Below, piece after piece: positions 47,948 to 60,690 of a stretch of DNA of 64,000 bases (the stretch's first letter is position 1; each line of letters begins with the position of its first letter). The position numbers and the translations under genes are program-made. Below the pieces are notes generated by a model that did no database searches, was not told the DNA's origin, and saw nothing but the letters and a program-made list of their open reading frames with translations. Source of the DNA: Cladosporium halotolerans. Its lineage: Eukaryota. The DNA lies in NCBI RefSeq assembly GCF_011745625.1, contig NW_027191508.1:1-64000 (forward strand), given 5' to 3'.

Positions 47948-48886
47948 TTACGGGCCGGCATCTTCCGAGTTGCTAGGGGAGCGAAATCGTAAGCGAAAGA
48001 TAGGATGTAGAAAGAGAAAATGAACGCGATTGCTAATATGCGTCAGCGCAGCCATTGTATTTCAGGGCATCACAAGAGAAGTGGACACTTACTCCACTCA
48101 ACAGCAGCTGCAGCGTTCCTCTTAGTGTCCATAAGCGAGGCAAACGCGACGACGAGTAGTGCTTCAAGGACGGTGAATGTGACTTTGACTGCTAAACTTG
48201 TCCGCAGATCGCTTGCCTGCCTGTGAGGTCTCCAAAGCCGCAGGTAGATTAGGCAGTAGCAGATCGCGCTTGCAAGGTAGCCTAGACTGAATAACAGTCA
48301 GCGAAGGCCTTTAGGTAGCTTCCAAGCGGGACACGTCCTCGCTGGTGAACTTACATGAAGATGAAAAGGAAAACATTGTGCGCAGTCTCGTGATTAGCAG
48401 TATCGAAGATCGATAGCAAAATCAGACCTAAAGCGCCACAAGAGGCAAAGGTCTGTGAAAGAATGGACGTATACTTGGAGTGCGTCCCAGACCCTTGTCC
48501 AAGTAAACCCTTACGCCGAAAGTGGCATTCGGAGGCAATGGCGGTATTGAAGAGTAACGTCGTGACGATACATCCTGTAACGAACAACGCTTTCAGTCGT
48601 TGGGCTCCGATATCTGAGATGTATCTTTTCGTCCAATCAGTTAGGAAACCCGTTATTTGAACTGTCAAGTCCTTTGACTTACGCGAGGTGTTGATTGTCT
48701 GCCATGCTATAATATTTGGGGTGGCCGTCGGAGAACCATGCGACAAGCATCCCTATAAGCATACCTTAAGATGAAAGAGCGATTAGCCGCTGCGAACACG
48801 AAAAGTATGGTGGATTAGATCGCCAACATACCAGACCACATACAAGCCGAGACGATCGGAAGCCCTATAAGGGCGAGGTACAGCAT
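47948..48886 (-). CDS. Frag1/DRAM/Sfk1-family membrane protein (5 exons)
   Basis: Spliced translation LPIVSACMWSGMLIGML...GHPKYYSM..YISDIGAQRLKALFVTG...LILLSIFDT..H..H...AAAAVEWTIAFIFSFYILSF. Confidence 0.82.
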
Positions 48887-49329
48887 CGGTGTCACGCTAC
48901 TGTCTGGCATCCTATTGAAACCCCAATAGTACAGATAAGCGGGAAGGCTAGACGGTTTCCTAGTTTGAAGGACGAATGAAACTGCGAAGATCGTATTCCC
49001 GACTGACAAGAAGAGAGTGATGTCAAAGCTGTAGTGGTAAGGTGTAGAGTTTTGAGAATAAGATCGATTCCACGTGAGCGTGCACGGGAGAGACATGGCA
49101 ACAAAACGTGTAGAGGCTCCATGCCTGGACGAGGAAGCAAAGCATGTTGCAAGCGTAAGTGTTATGTTTGAGTTTGGCTCCTCCAGCATGACGCCACACG
49201 GCGGCATGGGATGGCCACGTAAGCTACAGAGGGGGGCACGAATGGATGGGCCCCCCCGCTGGTCTCCCAAGCTCCTGCGAACGAAACACCAATCATAAGA
49301 TACATCAAGGCAGAGAAAGCCACCCATGA

Positions 49330-49620
49330 TCGCTTGAAATTCACGCTGCTTGTCAAGACCCGAGGTCCAGCTATCCGTACAAAGCTGAATCACGCTCTGA
49401 CCTTGGTGCAAGGCCTCCATTAGAGCGGGCGTCGAAATTCGAAATTGGAGGCAATGCGCCGAGGTATAGACGAATGGTGAGGAAATAAGGGCGTGCTCAG
49501 CCTCGTAATTGAGGGTTAGGCACATAGCCCGAAACTTTTTCGACTCAACAACATTGTGAGCAAGACTTTGGCGCGCAATTAAGCGTGCAACCGCATTGCG
49601 GAAGTTTTTCTTGTCATAAG
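49330..49620 (-). pseudogene. hAT transposase relic
   Basis: FRNAVARLIARQSLAHNVVESKKFRAM...IQLCTDSWTS..FQAI. Confidence 0.65.
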
Positions 49621-49945
49621 CGTCTGAGCCCTTCTCCATGTGGGCTGGTACAAGGCTAAGTCACACGTTCGTTCGCTTTGCGTGCGGAGCTGACAACAGT
49701 CTCCTCATACACGCAACGCTAGCGTTCCCCGGCGTGGAGGCGGCGAGAAGGATCGACGTTTTGGCTAGCGGCAGATGACCAAGCTGGCGCCAAGAACATA
49801 CCGAAACCTTTTCTGTTACGGTAGCTCCCGTGTCACCCTCACGACTGGCTTTGACGCGCAAATCGCGCATGAAGACAGAGGACCGCTCTGGTGGTCCGGC
49901 GCACAAACCGCGCAGGCTCGAGCTTCTCCTCGGCGACCTCGCCGC
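49621..49945. repeat. Diverged copy of the Cu-ATPase start codon region and upstream sequence (partner 44268-44630)
   Basis: ttctccat(t)gtgggctggta; gctagcgttccccggcgtgg; gcgagaaggatcgacg; ggcgcacaaaccgcgca; ctcggcgacctcgcc. Confidence 0.85.
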
Positions 49946-50228
49946 CTGCTATGATGCTTGGTTGGTTTGAAATTCCTGAGCACGACCTAGCGCCGCAGAA
50001 GGCTGCATGTCTCAATTCGGATTGATGCGCGGTCCGCCCTGTGCTGCGCGACTTCTGCGGTGGCGCCATACCAGGGCTGGAACGTCTGTGCCGCGGGGCT
50101 AGACGATATGTGGCAGTGTATGTCCAACTGACAAGTATATAGGCTCTTCAGGAGGCGCTTTCCACCGGCCACTATATATCGCCCCTACGCAGTCGATTTG
50201 AATCGACTCGTATCTTGCCCACGCGACC

Positions 50229-52834
50229 ATGTTCTGTCTCGTAGGCCTCTCGCTGCTCAGCCTTCTCACTGCGTCCACTTTGGCAGAAGTGCGATCCTAC
50301 AACTTCACTGTCCACGAGGGAGAGGCGGCGCCCGGTTCGTAGAAGCGGCCACATGGTCGAGTCCATCATTAACGGCGTTACAGATGGATTCTCCCGCCCG
50401 GTCTATTTGATCAACGGTCAGCATCCTGCTCCGCTCATCGAAGCCAACGAGGACGACACCCTCGAGGTTTTCGTGAAGAACGATCTCCCCGTCGAAACCA
50501 CCATCCACTGGCACGGCACGTCGCATCTCCTCGTTGTCAGCCGCTCTTTGCTAATCAGAGCTCTACAGGCATCCTTCAACGTGGAACACCGCACATGGAC
50601 GGTGTGCCTGGTGTCACCCAGGTTAGATCGTCCTAGCTTTGCGGTTCCGCATTCCCTGCAGGTAGCTAACCTCTGTCTCAGTACCCTATCGCCCCCGGAG
50701 GCAACTTCACGTATCGATTCGATCTGTCAAACGAGTACGGTTTCTACTGGTATCACTCCCATTTCCGCGCCTATTACAATGATGCGATCCGCGGGCCTTT
50801 GAACATCCACCCCAAGCGATCCCGCTCCCGCCCCTTCGAGTCGCTTGCCTCAAGTGACGGCGAAGCTGAGGCCTTACTTCAGGCGGAGCGAGATGCTTTC
50901 CCAGTCCTTCTCACGGATTGGTATCATGAGGTCTCGGATACGGTATTGCGAGAATACAACCGCACGGGTGTGTTTCCGCATTGCGTGAACAGCCTGCTTG
51001 CCAATGGCTTGGGCAGAGTGCAGTGCTTGCCGCAGGCAGTCCTGGATTGCGGGCCGAGTTTGTGCTTGGGGTCTGATGATTCTAGTTCGATGTCCATGGA
51101 ATCCTCAGACACCACGTCGACGTCAATGGCATCCTCTGACACAGTTCCGATGTCGATGGCACCCGACGAGAGTATGTCGATGTTCATGCCGCCTTCTGAC
51201 ACTGCCGAATTGTCCAGGTCATCTTCTGCTGCATCGATGGACATGGCCTTGATGGATGGTATGGCGGATGAATCATCTACAACCGACGAAATGTCAATGA
51301 CAATGTCAGCACTTCCGAGTTCTACTGCGCACCCAATGCGACAGCAAAAGAGACAGATGATGGACATGTCGAGCATGGACATGTCCCTTGGTCCTCGTGG
51401 TTGTATGCCGCCCACAATGTTCAGGCCTGGCTTTAATGCGAGTGATCTCCCTCCGGAGACCTGCACCGAGACCATGGCGCCTTTGCTTACGATCCCCGCG
51501 AATTTCTCTTCAGGCTGGCTGGCCCTCAACCTTGTGAATGCTGGTTCCACCACCAAGTTGACGGTGTCGTTGGACTCGCATACGATGTACGTATATGCGG
51601 CGGACGGACTCTTTGTCAAAATGCAAGAGGTTGAGGTAAGTTTGGATATTCACTCGCAAACTTGGCATCGCTGATTGTCAAAGGTATTGCCAATGAGTCT
51701 TGGCGAGCGCTACTCAGTGATGATCAAGCTCGATCAGACGCCTGGCGATTACGCTCTACGCTTCGCTTCGATTCCCGTCGGGGACATGCAACAAGTTATC
51801 GAAGACCTCGCGGTGGTACGTTATGCGCGCGGCGTCAATGAGAGCTCTATGAGTGCTATGGAATCACCACCTCCCAGGCCGAAGAACAATCAGACCATGT
51901 CGATGCTTGGAGATGAGACAAGTGACGTTCACATGCTGGTGAATGGCTCTGCTAAGTCCACGGCGTCCACTCTACGGCCGCAGAACCTTGGGCCCTTTGA
52001 TCTCATTGCGCCTCCACGCCACAATAACGTCGCCACGAGAGTCCTCAACATCAACCAAACTGGAGTCGTCTCTTGGGTCGTCGACAAGTACTCGTATTCT
52101 GAACCCAAGGTGCCAGTGATCTATGGGAACATTTCGGACGGATGGAATGCCAGCACTACGATGTTCATGCCCTTCAACACAACTATTGATCTGATCATGA
52201 GAGTTGCCCCTGACTCTATGGACACGGTATGCCTAGAGATATGCTTTCAAACAGTCGTCCTCGGCTAATTCAGTTACAGATGGGCCATCCTATGCATCTC
52301 CACGGCCACAAGTTCTGGATCCTGGGCAGCGGCGAGGGAGAATTCCCGTACTCATCAGTTCAAGATGTGCCAAGTTCCCTAGTCAATCTGGATGACCCTC
52401 CCTACCGTGACACGGTTGAGTTGCCTGCCTCAGGCTGGGCAGTCATACGGTTAGTCTTCCCGCGTGATCATGAAGAGAGTTTGACCTTGCTGACGCTTTG
52501 CATTCTAGATACGTGTCTGACAACCCGGGTGCGTGGCTTTTTCACTGTCATATACAGTGGCATCTTTTGGTGAGTCTACACGATGTTCTCATATTGCAAA
52601 CGCTGACCTCTTCGGTGATAGAGCGGGATGGCATTAGTGCTCGTTGAGGGAGAAGATCGTCTCCCCGCTCTACTCGGCTCCACTAATCTGACGTGGTTGG
52701 GAAATTCGAGTAATGTTCCTAGTTCGTCGTCCGGCACCACCGCTCAAACGAGCTCTCCCGCGTATAGACTATCCCCTGGTCCCCAACTCTTGGAAGCGGT
52801 TTTGATCGTCGCTTTCTCCGCCTTTTTGGTGTGA
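50229..52834 (+). CDS. Laccase-like three-domain multicopper oxidase with Met/Ser-rich insert and probable GPI anchor (multi-exon)
   Basis: Signal peptide; [27 protein letters not shown]; Ser/Thr-rich linker plus hydrophobic C-terminus. Confidence 0.92.
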
Positions 52835-53650
52835 GCACGGGGTTTCCGTATGCCGAAATAAAACGCATTAACTATGACGCGAGGATTAAAAGATTAGGTT
52901 GGGAAGCTATTGGATCTTACGATCGCTAGTATAGTACGAAACACATAAAGAAAGCATGGCGAGACAAAACGTATCATGAACCTCACTTGGCGCTCTCTAA
53001 TTGGATGAACAGTTTGGGTTCCGACGTTATACTGCAGCGTCGAAGCAATTTTCGTCTCTGGGAAAGGTTCTAGCACCCTCATTAGATAGCGGGCCGAGTG
53101 TAGCGTCGAGGACCTTGAAGAGTCAAGCTTAATCAAGTCGGCGACTGAAATTGCAGAGATAGAGCGATCATGCGCGACCGCTGACAGTATGGTCAAAGAT
53201 GGAAATACTCTAGACCAATGGGTTGGTTGTAGGCTTGTAGCTCCCCCTTTGAAGGTTGTCCGCCACCGGGGAAGCGAAGAGAATCTGTGGTGCAACATGC
53301 TAACAGGAACAAATTGCTCCCGAGAGCAGAATAGTCAGCCTTTCAATCAGGTGATAGACAATCCGCCCTCTGTGGTGTCGTGACGAGCATTCTATCCCTG
53401 TACCACGAAGCGCGTCGTGGAAATGATGCCCGCTGCCTCCTGTCTTACCCACAATAGTCAGCCGCTCACGGTGGCACATGCATGTAGCATCGCCACGGCG
53501 CCGTTCTATTGTCCTTCTCCTCTCCTGATGTCGGACTTTCGGCCGCCCGTCCTCTTCCACGCCTTCGCTGGCGTGCTCTCGATCCTGCGGAATGGATGTT
53601 CAGGCTGTGAATGAAGATAGCGGTAATGTCGCCGTCTGTCATACCAACTA

Positions 53651-55544
53651 CAGTCAAAGCTCGTTAGAACAATATCCGATATTGCAATAATCTCGTTAGT
53701 GTAATGCCCTCGTCTGGCCCCGTCTTGGGGCCCACACAAAATAGCAATAATCTCGTTTGTTGAATATTGCTATCGTTCTGGAATACCTCTGGTGAGGTAT
53801 TGCTGTACAGCGAGATAATGCCACCCAAACGCACTGCCTTCACCGTGATTGAGAAGCAGTCGCTTCGCTCTTATCATGCACAGCATCCTCATCTCAATCA
53901 ACAGGAGCTCCGCGCGTGGTTTGAGAGCCAATTTGGCAAGCCTATCACGCAGGGGTCCGTCAGTCAGTTTCTCGGATCCAGCTATAGTCATCTCGACAGC
54001 GCTGAGGCAGCACCTATTCGCCAACCTGACCGTAAACGCAACGGTATCAGGCCTATCCGGACCTCGAAAAGGCGTTATACGGCTTCTTCCTTCACGAACA
54101 GAAAAACCTTATCATCACCGGCGAGGTGGTAAGGATGCAGGCGCGCTTCTTTTGGAACCACCTACCTCAATACAAGGACCTACCTGTGCCGCCATTCAGC
54201 GACGGCTGGTTAGGCAACTTCAAACAGAGGCACGGCATCAGGTCGTTCAGACAACACGGCGAAGCTGGCGGTATTGACGAGGCAAGCATGGCTGCTGATC
54301 TGGCTCGGATCCAGGCGCGTGTTGCTCAGTATGCTCCTGAAGATCAGTATAACTGTGATGAGACTGGCCTCTTTTGGAAGATGTTACCAGATCGGAGCCT
54401 CTCGACTGAACGGCTACCTGGCTGCCCTGGCATGAAGAAGACAAAGAACAGGATAACTATACACCATTGTACAGACGCGACCGGCTCTCACAAACTGCCT
54501 ATGTGGATTATTGGCAAATATAAGAAGCCACGTTGCTTCAAAGCAGCTGGAGTGGAGGACGTTGAGCGACTTGGTATCAAATGGAGAGCGAACAAGAAGG
54601 CATGGATGGTTACGGATATCATGGTGGCATGGTTGCGGTGGTTCGACAATACTGTGGCCGGCCGTAAGGTTATCCTATTGCTGGATAACTTCAGTGCTCA
54701 CCAAAGCGCTGCTGCGCTGTTGCTGAGCTCGAGGCATTACCACTAGGCTCAGGGTTAGTTAATACCGAGATCTGCTGGCTACCACCGAATACCACGAGCA
54801 AGCTCCAGCCGCTGGATCAAGGTATTATCGCTGCCTTCAAAGCACGCTACCGCAGGAGGTGGATCAGCTATATGCTTTCACAGAACGCTGTCGGATTGAA
54901 CGCCCTTGATACCATGAACGTCCTCAAGGCGATTCAGTACTCTGTTCACGCATGGGATGAGGTTACTAGCACAGCAATCACCAACTGCTGGGCTCACTCC
55001 AAGATCAACCTGAATCCTTCAATAACACCACCTCCTTCGGAGGTTACGGACGTGAGAAGTGAGCTTCAATCTGACCTTATACAGCTCGAGAGGCAGCAAC
55101 GGATCCAGCAGTTGATGAGCGTGGATCAGCTCCTCAATTTGGATGAAGAGGAGGTTACGGATGACATAGATGATCTCAATACACACCTAATAGAGGTGTT
55201 CAGCCCTGTTGAAGAGGAGGAATCAGATAATGAGGGCGTGGAGGTCCTGCCAACAGTGTCACCAATGCAGGTCTTCAGGCTTTTGGAGAGTATCGAGATT
55301 GGTGAGATACAATCAGAGCATTGTGAGGCCTCGTATATTAGCTGGATTGAGAGGTACGAGAAGGTGGTGCGCAAGAGGCATCTTGACAGCCTCAAAACAG
55401 TCAGCTAATGAGGCCTACTTTACACCAAATAATGAATAGGTATTTTCTTTGGTGTGAGCACGTGACCGTTCGATAGAGCAATGCTCGCGATAGTACAATA
55501 CACCTCCGTGTCACCGAGCATATTGTTGTAACGAGCTTTGACTG
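53651..55544 (+). mobile_element. pogo/Tigger-like (CENP-B HTH + DDE) transposon, transposase disrupted
   Basis: TIRs cagtcaaagctcgtta..aacaatat, TA flanks; FSDGWLGNFKQRH, YNCDETGLFW, LLLDNFSAH, QPLDQG; frameshift ~54040 and stop ~54745. Confidence 0.93.
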
Positions 55545-55728
55545 TACTCCTCTTCTCACGGCGAAACAATCGCTGGGCCTTGCGCAAGGTTCGGAAAACA
55601 TCGCCTTCGGGGGTAGAATAGCAGAGTAGGCGGTACAGTACATCATGCCTCTTCCACGGAAAAACAACAAACCGTGCACTAGTCATTGCGAGCACGTCGC
55701 GTTCCCGCGTTATCAGAAAACGACAACA

Positions 55729-57087
55729 TTAATTACTTCGAAAAATCCTTTCCAATTCTCCGCACGCGCGCAGATAATATTCGCGCACGTCACGCGCCGG
55801 GTGGAAAGGATTTGGCGCCTTATCCCAGCCATGCGGCACACCCTCAACTAGAATGTAAGAGAGGCGCTTATCAATCTCAGGCGAGAGCAGGCGATCACGG
55901 AAGTCCAGGCCCTCAGCCAGCAGCATGTCCCACTCGCAGCAGAGCATGATTATGTCGTTGGGCAAACCCTCTTTCAGCAGTGCCGTTGGCGCGACACCTG
56001 GGCTCAGGTAGGGCGACTCAAGTGCAATGGAGTCCGGTGGATACAAATAGCTTCCGTCGAACAGGTTGGTGAAGAGTGAAGACAGCTCTTGATCTTTCCT
56101 GAAGCAGGTCGCGCGCCGCTGTTCGCGAGTCCGCGTGTAATCTATGCTGGGATACCAGGCGACGACTGCACGGAGAGCAATGGGGAACGGCCCAGTAGAT
56201 GTGACGTTGTGGGAAGTGGTGGTAGTGTCGGCATTGGGTGGAGAGGAAATATGCTCTGAGAGTTCCAGCGGATCAACGAAGCCGGCATGGCCATTTGGGC
56301 TGGCTTTTGTCGGCAACGAGGGATGCGAGATGGAGCTTTGACACCTTGACTCCGCGTTGAAGCGAGAAGGGTGGTTTTGCTTGGGCAAAGAACCCATCAT
56401 ATAATCATGTAGGCGTAACGATACTGTGAAGGCCATATTGCCACCAGAGCTGAAGCCGGATATCGCGATCTTTTCCCTGTCAATCCCAAGGTCCACAGCG
56501 TGCTTGTGTACCCAGATTACGGCATCTACGCCGTCTTCCACTGCATTTGGGAATGGGTATTCCGGCGCAAGACGGTAGCCCACGCTCACGACGACAGCCC
56601 CACATTCGTCAGCGACAGTGGTGCACCAGCGAGCATCATCTGTGGGCGCACCGAGCGTGAAACCTCCGCCGTGAAAGTTGATCACGACAGGATAAGAACA
56701 CTGTGCTTGAGTGCTTTGAGTGCATGGGCGGGCCGTCTGTGCAACTCGTCCGCTGCTGCTTGTCCGCTGGTAGACTGCCTTCCTGATATTACCGGTATCA
56801 ATGTTTTGTTCATAGTTCCTTATGTCGTTGAAAATTTTACCCTGTCTCTCGTACTGTGGTGGCACATAGAAGTACAAGTAGATCTGTCCCTGCGTCTTAC
56901 TAATTGTTGACTGAATGGTCTTCTTGAATGCCGGTTGCCGTGGGCGGGGAGGCGTGAGCCTTTGAAAGAACATGCCCAGATCCATCAGCACCCGCCAAAA
57001 CTGTGCTTGTATGTGTAAAACCCATCGTAATCGCGGCATACTTCTGTCGTCGGGATTGAAACGGGGCTGAGCTTGGCTGCGAAACAT
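55729..57087 (-). CDS. Alpha/beta hydrolase (hormone-sensitive-lipase-like esterase)
   Basis: NFHGGGF, YRLAPEYPFP, GFSSGG nucleophile elbow, EWDML, HGWD. Confidence 0.9.
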   Translation of the reverse strand: MFRSQAQPRFNPDDRSMPRLRWVLHIQAQFWRVLMDLGMFFQRLTPPRPRQPAFKKTIQSTISKTQGQIYLYFYVPPQYERQGKIFNDIRNYEQNIDTGNIRKAVYQRTSSSGRVAQTARPCTQSTQAQCSYPVVINFHGGGFTLGAPTDDARWCTTVADECGAVVVSVGYRLAPEYPFPNAVEDGVDAVIWVHKHAVDLGIDREKIAISGFSSGGNMAFTVSLRLHDYMMGSLPKQNHPSRFNAESRCQSSISHPSLPTKASPNGHAGFVDPLELSEHISSPPNADTTTTSHNVTSTGPFPIALRAVVAWYPSIDYTRTREQRRATCFRKDQELSSLFTNLFDGSYLYPPDSIALESPYLSPGVAPTALLKEGLPNDIIMLCCEWDMLLAEGLDFRDRLLSPEIDKRLSYILVEGVPHGWDKAPNPFHPARDVREYYLRACGELERIFRSN

Positions 57088-58333
57088 AAAAGGAAGAGAA
57101 TGAAAGCTTCTTTCCCTTCAGGCTGGCCGCGCTCGTTTTAGTGCCGCGAGTCTTAGTGTCGGCCTGCCTTATGCAAGAGATCCCCTGTGGCAGTAAGCCT
57201 CTTCGGCCGCGGAATAAAAGCAAGACCTGGAAGCCCGGATGCGATATCTGTATGCTCCCTCTACCCAACAGCCCTCGTGGCGCGGTTGCCGGCCTTGGTT
57301 GCTCCCGAAGACGACGAATCAAGGATGATGTCGAAGACCTCGGGGTCTGCTGAAGCATGTGTTTCACCTATTGACGAGGCAAGGAGCGCTGTGCCGTGTT
57401 GCACTGTAACGCTGAGAGACCATGGAGATACTCGGGAACTTGGGCGCAAGATAGAGACTAGCGATATGTGATTTCGTTCTAGTGACGCGAGTAGTGAAAA
57501 GTGCAAGTCGGAACAAGGAAGGTCTCTTAGAATCGCGAACGCTTCCTGCGTGCGACAGCCGTGCATCCCTAGCCAGCCGATGCGACATTTGTGCGGAATC
57601 CCTGGGCGTTTCGCGGGCTGTTTGCCGACAACGTGAGCCATTTGCGCGCCTTTCACCTTGGCACACAAATGCCGCGAGCGCCTTCGAAGAACTCGCCTTA
57701 CGCCGCTGACGTGCGACCACCGTGCTCTGGCATTTCCGCTTCTCGCTCGCTTTAGAGGGCGCGAATCATGGGTGCATGGTCACCATGCTCCAGAGCTGCA
57801 TTGCGAGCAGCTGCGCGCGAGTTCGAAATACCGAGAAACTACCTTGGCCTTTGGCAACATCACGCGCGACCCAGCTTGGCGGATCGATCTTCTACTGCAG
57901 CGCCCGCCAGTTCATGCCCGCACGTGAGCTTGAGACAATGACACAACCGAGCTCGGCGACCCCCGAAACCGCCAATGGCGGCCGTCGCTCGCTGATTGAA
58001 ACTGCGAAGAATCCCAAGTCCTAAGCTCACCGGGTGTCGACTGGCGGCGCGTCAAAGGGTACAAGGCGGCTTGTCATACCAAAAGGCATCCCTGTGATGA
58101 AATTTGGTGTGAAAGAGTTGGTTCAGTTGTGTATCTACTGCTGGGGCCATCCACTGCTTTATACCTTGCGTGGGTCTGTGTCGGTCTGGATCTCTTGTCC
58201 GGCAATATTCAACACCCTGGATAGGCAGCACGGCTATCGACTGTGGAACGAGGACGAGAGTTGTGAATAAGCAGGTTGCTTGTTCATACGATTGGTTCCT
58301 GCTCCAATACTGCTGCTTAGAAGGATTGTTGTT

Positions 58334-59114
58334 GTTTCTTTATTTTTCTTTATTCAACCATACTGTATTCAAGCTGTATAGCTTATGACAGGCCTGGGCT
58401 AAGTCACAGGTATTTCTAGGTCTTCTATCTGTGCTCTCGCCTTGATCCTTTACCGTACAATCCTGCTCGCCATCCCGCCTTCATCAAGGCGCCACGGCTT
58501 TTTGGGCTCAATGCCCTCCTACTTGCTTGTCTTGGTGGTCGCAACTGCTGACCTTCATCTCCTTCTCTCTGCCTCGCTCCTCTATTCTCCACGTACCACA
58601 GGCTGGACATCTCCAGTGCTGGAGGTGTACGCTGTCTTGTCCATGCTGCTTGCCTCCCGGGAAGTGCCTGCCGAGGCCGAGGCACATACCCGTGCTGACT
58701 TTCTTGCTGTCCGCCTCTTTCCCTCTCGTGTGCGAGGTACAAGAAGCTCGTTTTCACTCCCTGCTGACACGTAGCGTCTGCTGTGCTTGCCGTGTTGTCT
58801 CCGGCTGGTCGAGCCCATTAGGCGCTCGTGCTGGGCTTTTGTCCGATGTGACTCATGTCATGACATGAGCCGGTGTTTTGGTCTTTCTGCGCGAGCTGGC
58901 GGGCTCATCGCGCTCCAGTGCACTTTGTGCGTCTTCATTCCAACTCTTGCTCATCGACAATGTCGGGCGTTTTCGATGGGTAGGTGTCATCGAGTGATGA
59001 CTTTGTTGCAAGACTGCCACGTGGGATCATCGCTCTTCTGTAGCGCACTTGATTTCACTGCATAGCAGCTACTCACACCGGACATCACGTGAAGGTGTGC
59101 GCTCTCCGTCCGGC
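58334..59114 (-). mobile_element. SINE-like family A, full-length copy with 12-bp TSD
   Basis: TSD aggattgttgtt at 58322-58333 and 59115-59126; A-rich tail; 3' ~200 nt resemble the LINE 3' UTR. Confidence 0.9.
59042..59114 (-). ncRNA. HDV-like ribozyme fold (family A; P3 mismatch and C>U at presumed catalytic C)
   Basis: Reverse complement gccggacggagagcgcacaccttcacgtgatgtccggtgt...gaaatcaagtgcgct. Confidence 0.7.
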
Positions 59115-59614
59115 AGGATTGTTGTTACCTAAACGGCATGTATTATATATATATGACTGTCATTACCTCAAGTATGAAATAGGGATGACACTGCGCACAA
59201 AGCTACTGATCGGAATTGATCAACAACGAGCATGAATTTTGGCTCTGCAGGCGTTGTCACCATTGATATGTGACCACTTGGCTAGTAAGGCTAAACCCAA
59301 GATGGCAGTAGAATTGGTGTCGCGACGATGTCACGCTCACGCGTAGAACCCGACAAGAGATGGTTTAGAATAAAATATCGGTTCATATGGAACACCGGAT
59401 CTCAGTAGTGTTGTTTATAGACGTGGAACTCATGCTGACTTCCCTTTCGGCCTCAACGCGTGAACGCGGCAGTCTCGCGACATCAATACTGCTTCCCCTC
59501 TAGGTCTAGCGCTTACTTGCCAAGTGTCGGCATCGACTGAAGTCAGGTGCTTTCCCAGTGATGTTGTCTTTGTCTTACAGCGACCGGTTTCTGTCGCAGG
59601 CCGAGGCACTTTGG

Positions 59615-60088
59615 CAAGCTTGTCAATGGTACGAACACTAAAGGGTACCCTGTGCGGGTAGAGATTTTCTTAAAGGGTAGGGAATTGAACAAGGAATTTT
59701 CTTAACGAACAGTATGACACAACGTAGTACCTCTGGCAAGCCTGGTTTTGTGCGCGTCCGAGCATGTTTGGTCATAACTTAAATGCCGAATTCGAGCATT
59801 GCCCCAACCCCTACCCTGAGGCCATCATGCCGGGGAAAACATTCGGCCGAGAAATCCACGACGAAGCGCGTCCGGTCGACGCGTACTTCGAGAGAGAGAG
59901 AGAGCTGCAGCAGGAGCCTGGAGTACTTTACGATGATGTCGATGAGCACTCTAGTATAATATCACGTGATTGCCAAGACTCCCTATGGCACACCCGAACA
60001 GCCAAAAGGCTTAACGAACAGCGTTTTTCTTAAAGGGTACGAACAGAATAGGGTCCCTTATTGGGTATGCGTACCATTGCCAAGCTTG
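59615..60088. mobile_element. hAT-type MITE with 8-bp TSD
   Basis: TIRs caagcttg(t/g)caatggtacg; TSD cactttgg; an uninterrupted paralogous site exists at ~37560-37600. Confidence 0.92.
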
Positions 60089-60690
60089 CACTTTGGGAAT
60101 CCAAGTCGCAGATCGCAGGATTAGCTTGCCAAGACACTAGATCGAAAGGCCCGGTCTACCAGGCCGCGCGCCTAAACAAGAACAACAACCTATCTACCCA
60201 CAAATTTATACAAACGAGAGGTGACCCTCTCGTGCAACAGTTTCTTTCCACACGATGCCTGCTCCGTCCTTGGAGTCGAAGGCTCCGTTAGCAAACAACG
60301 TGAATCTGTTGGTCGCTTGACGTTCATCGGTTGGAGCCCGTGGTTAGGGTCATCTATCCAACCGTCTCTAGAAGCTTCGTCCGTACGCAGTTAGTCGCAT
60401 GCATTGGTGGAACATACTTTGGAACATCCATGTCAAAGCGAACGACATCACTATGAGAATTGAGATACGTGTGACATGCCAAAGGATTTCAACAGTGGTT
60501 TCATTTGACTGTTTCCTATTAAGTCAACCATAACTGGAACCCCCGATCGACCCGGGCCTCCCTGAACGACCGTGCTCGCCCATTTCCACTTCACAAATCC
60601 TCCACAGTGTGACTTGGATGTCAACAAGAGGCGGAGGCCTGGTTGGCTAAAAGATACCTTGCATCGAGATCGAGATTTGGAAGGATTGGT

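Noticed and set aside
48815..49639. 274-aa ORF as a real gene
   Set aside because: Chimera of the ATPase start relic, a hAT fragment and the Sfk1 first exon.
50191..50214. aatcgactcgtatc resembling the DUF3505 terminal palindrome
   Set aside because: Lies in the laccase 5' leader with no accompanying repeats or gene; probably chance.
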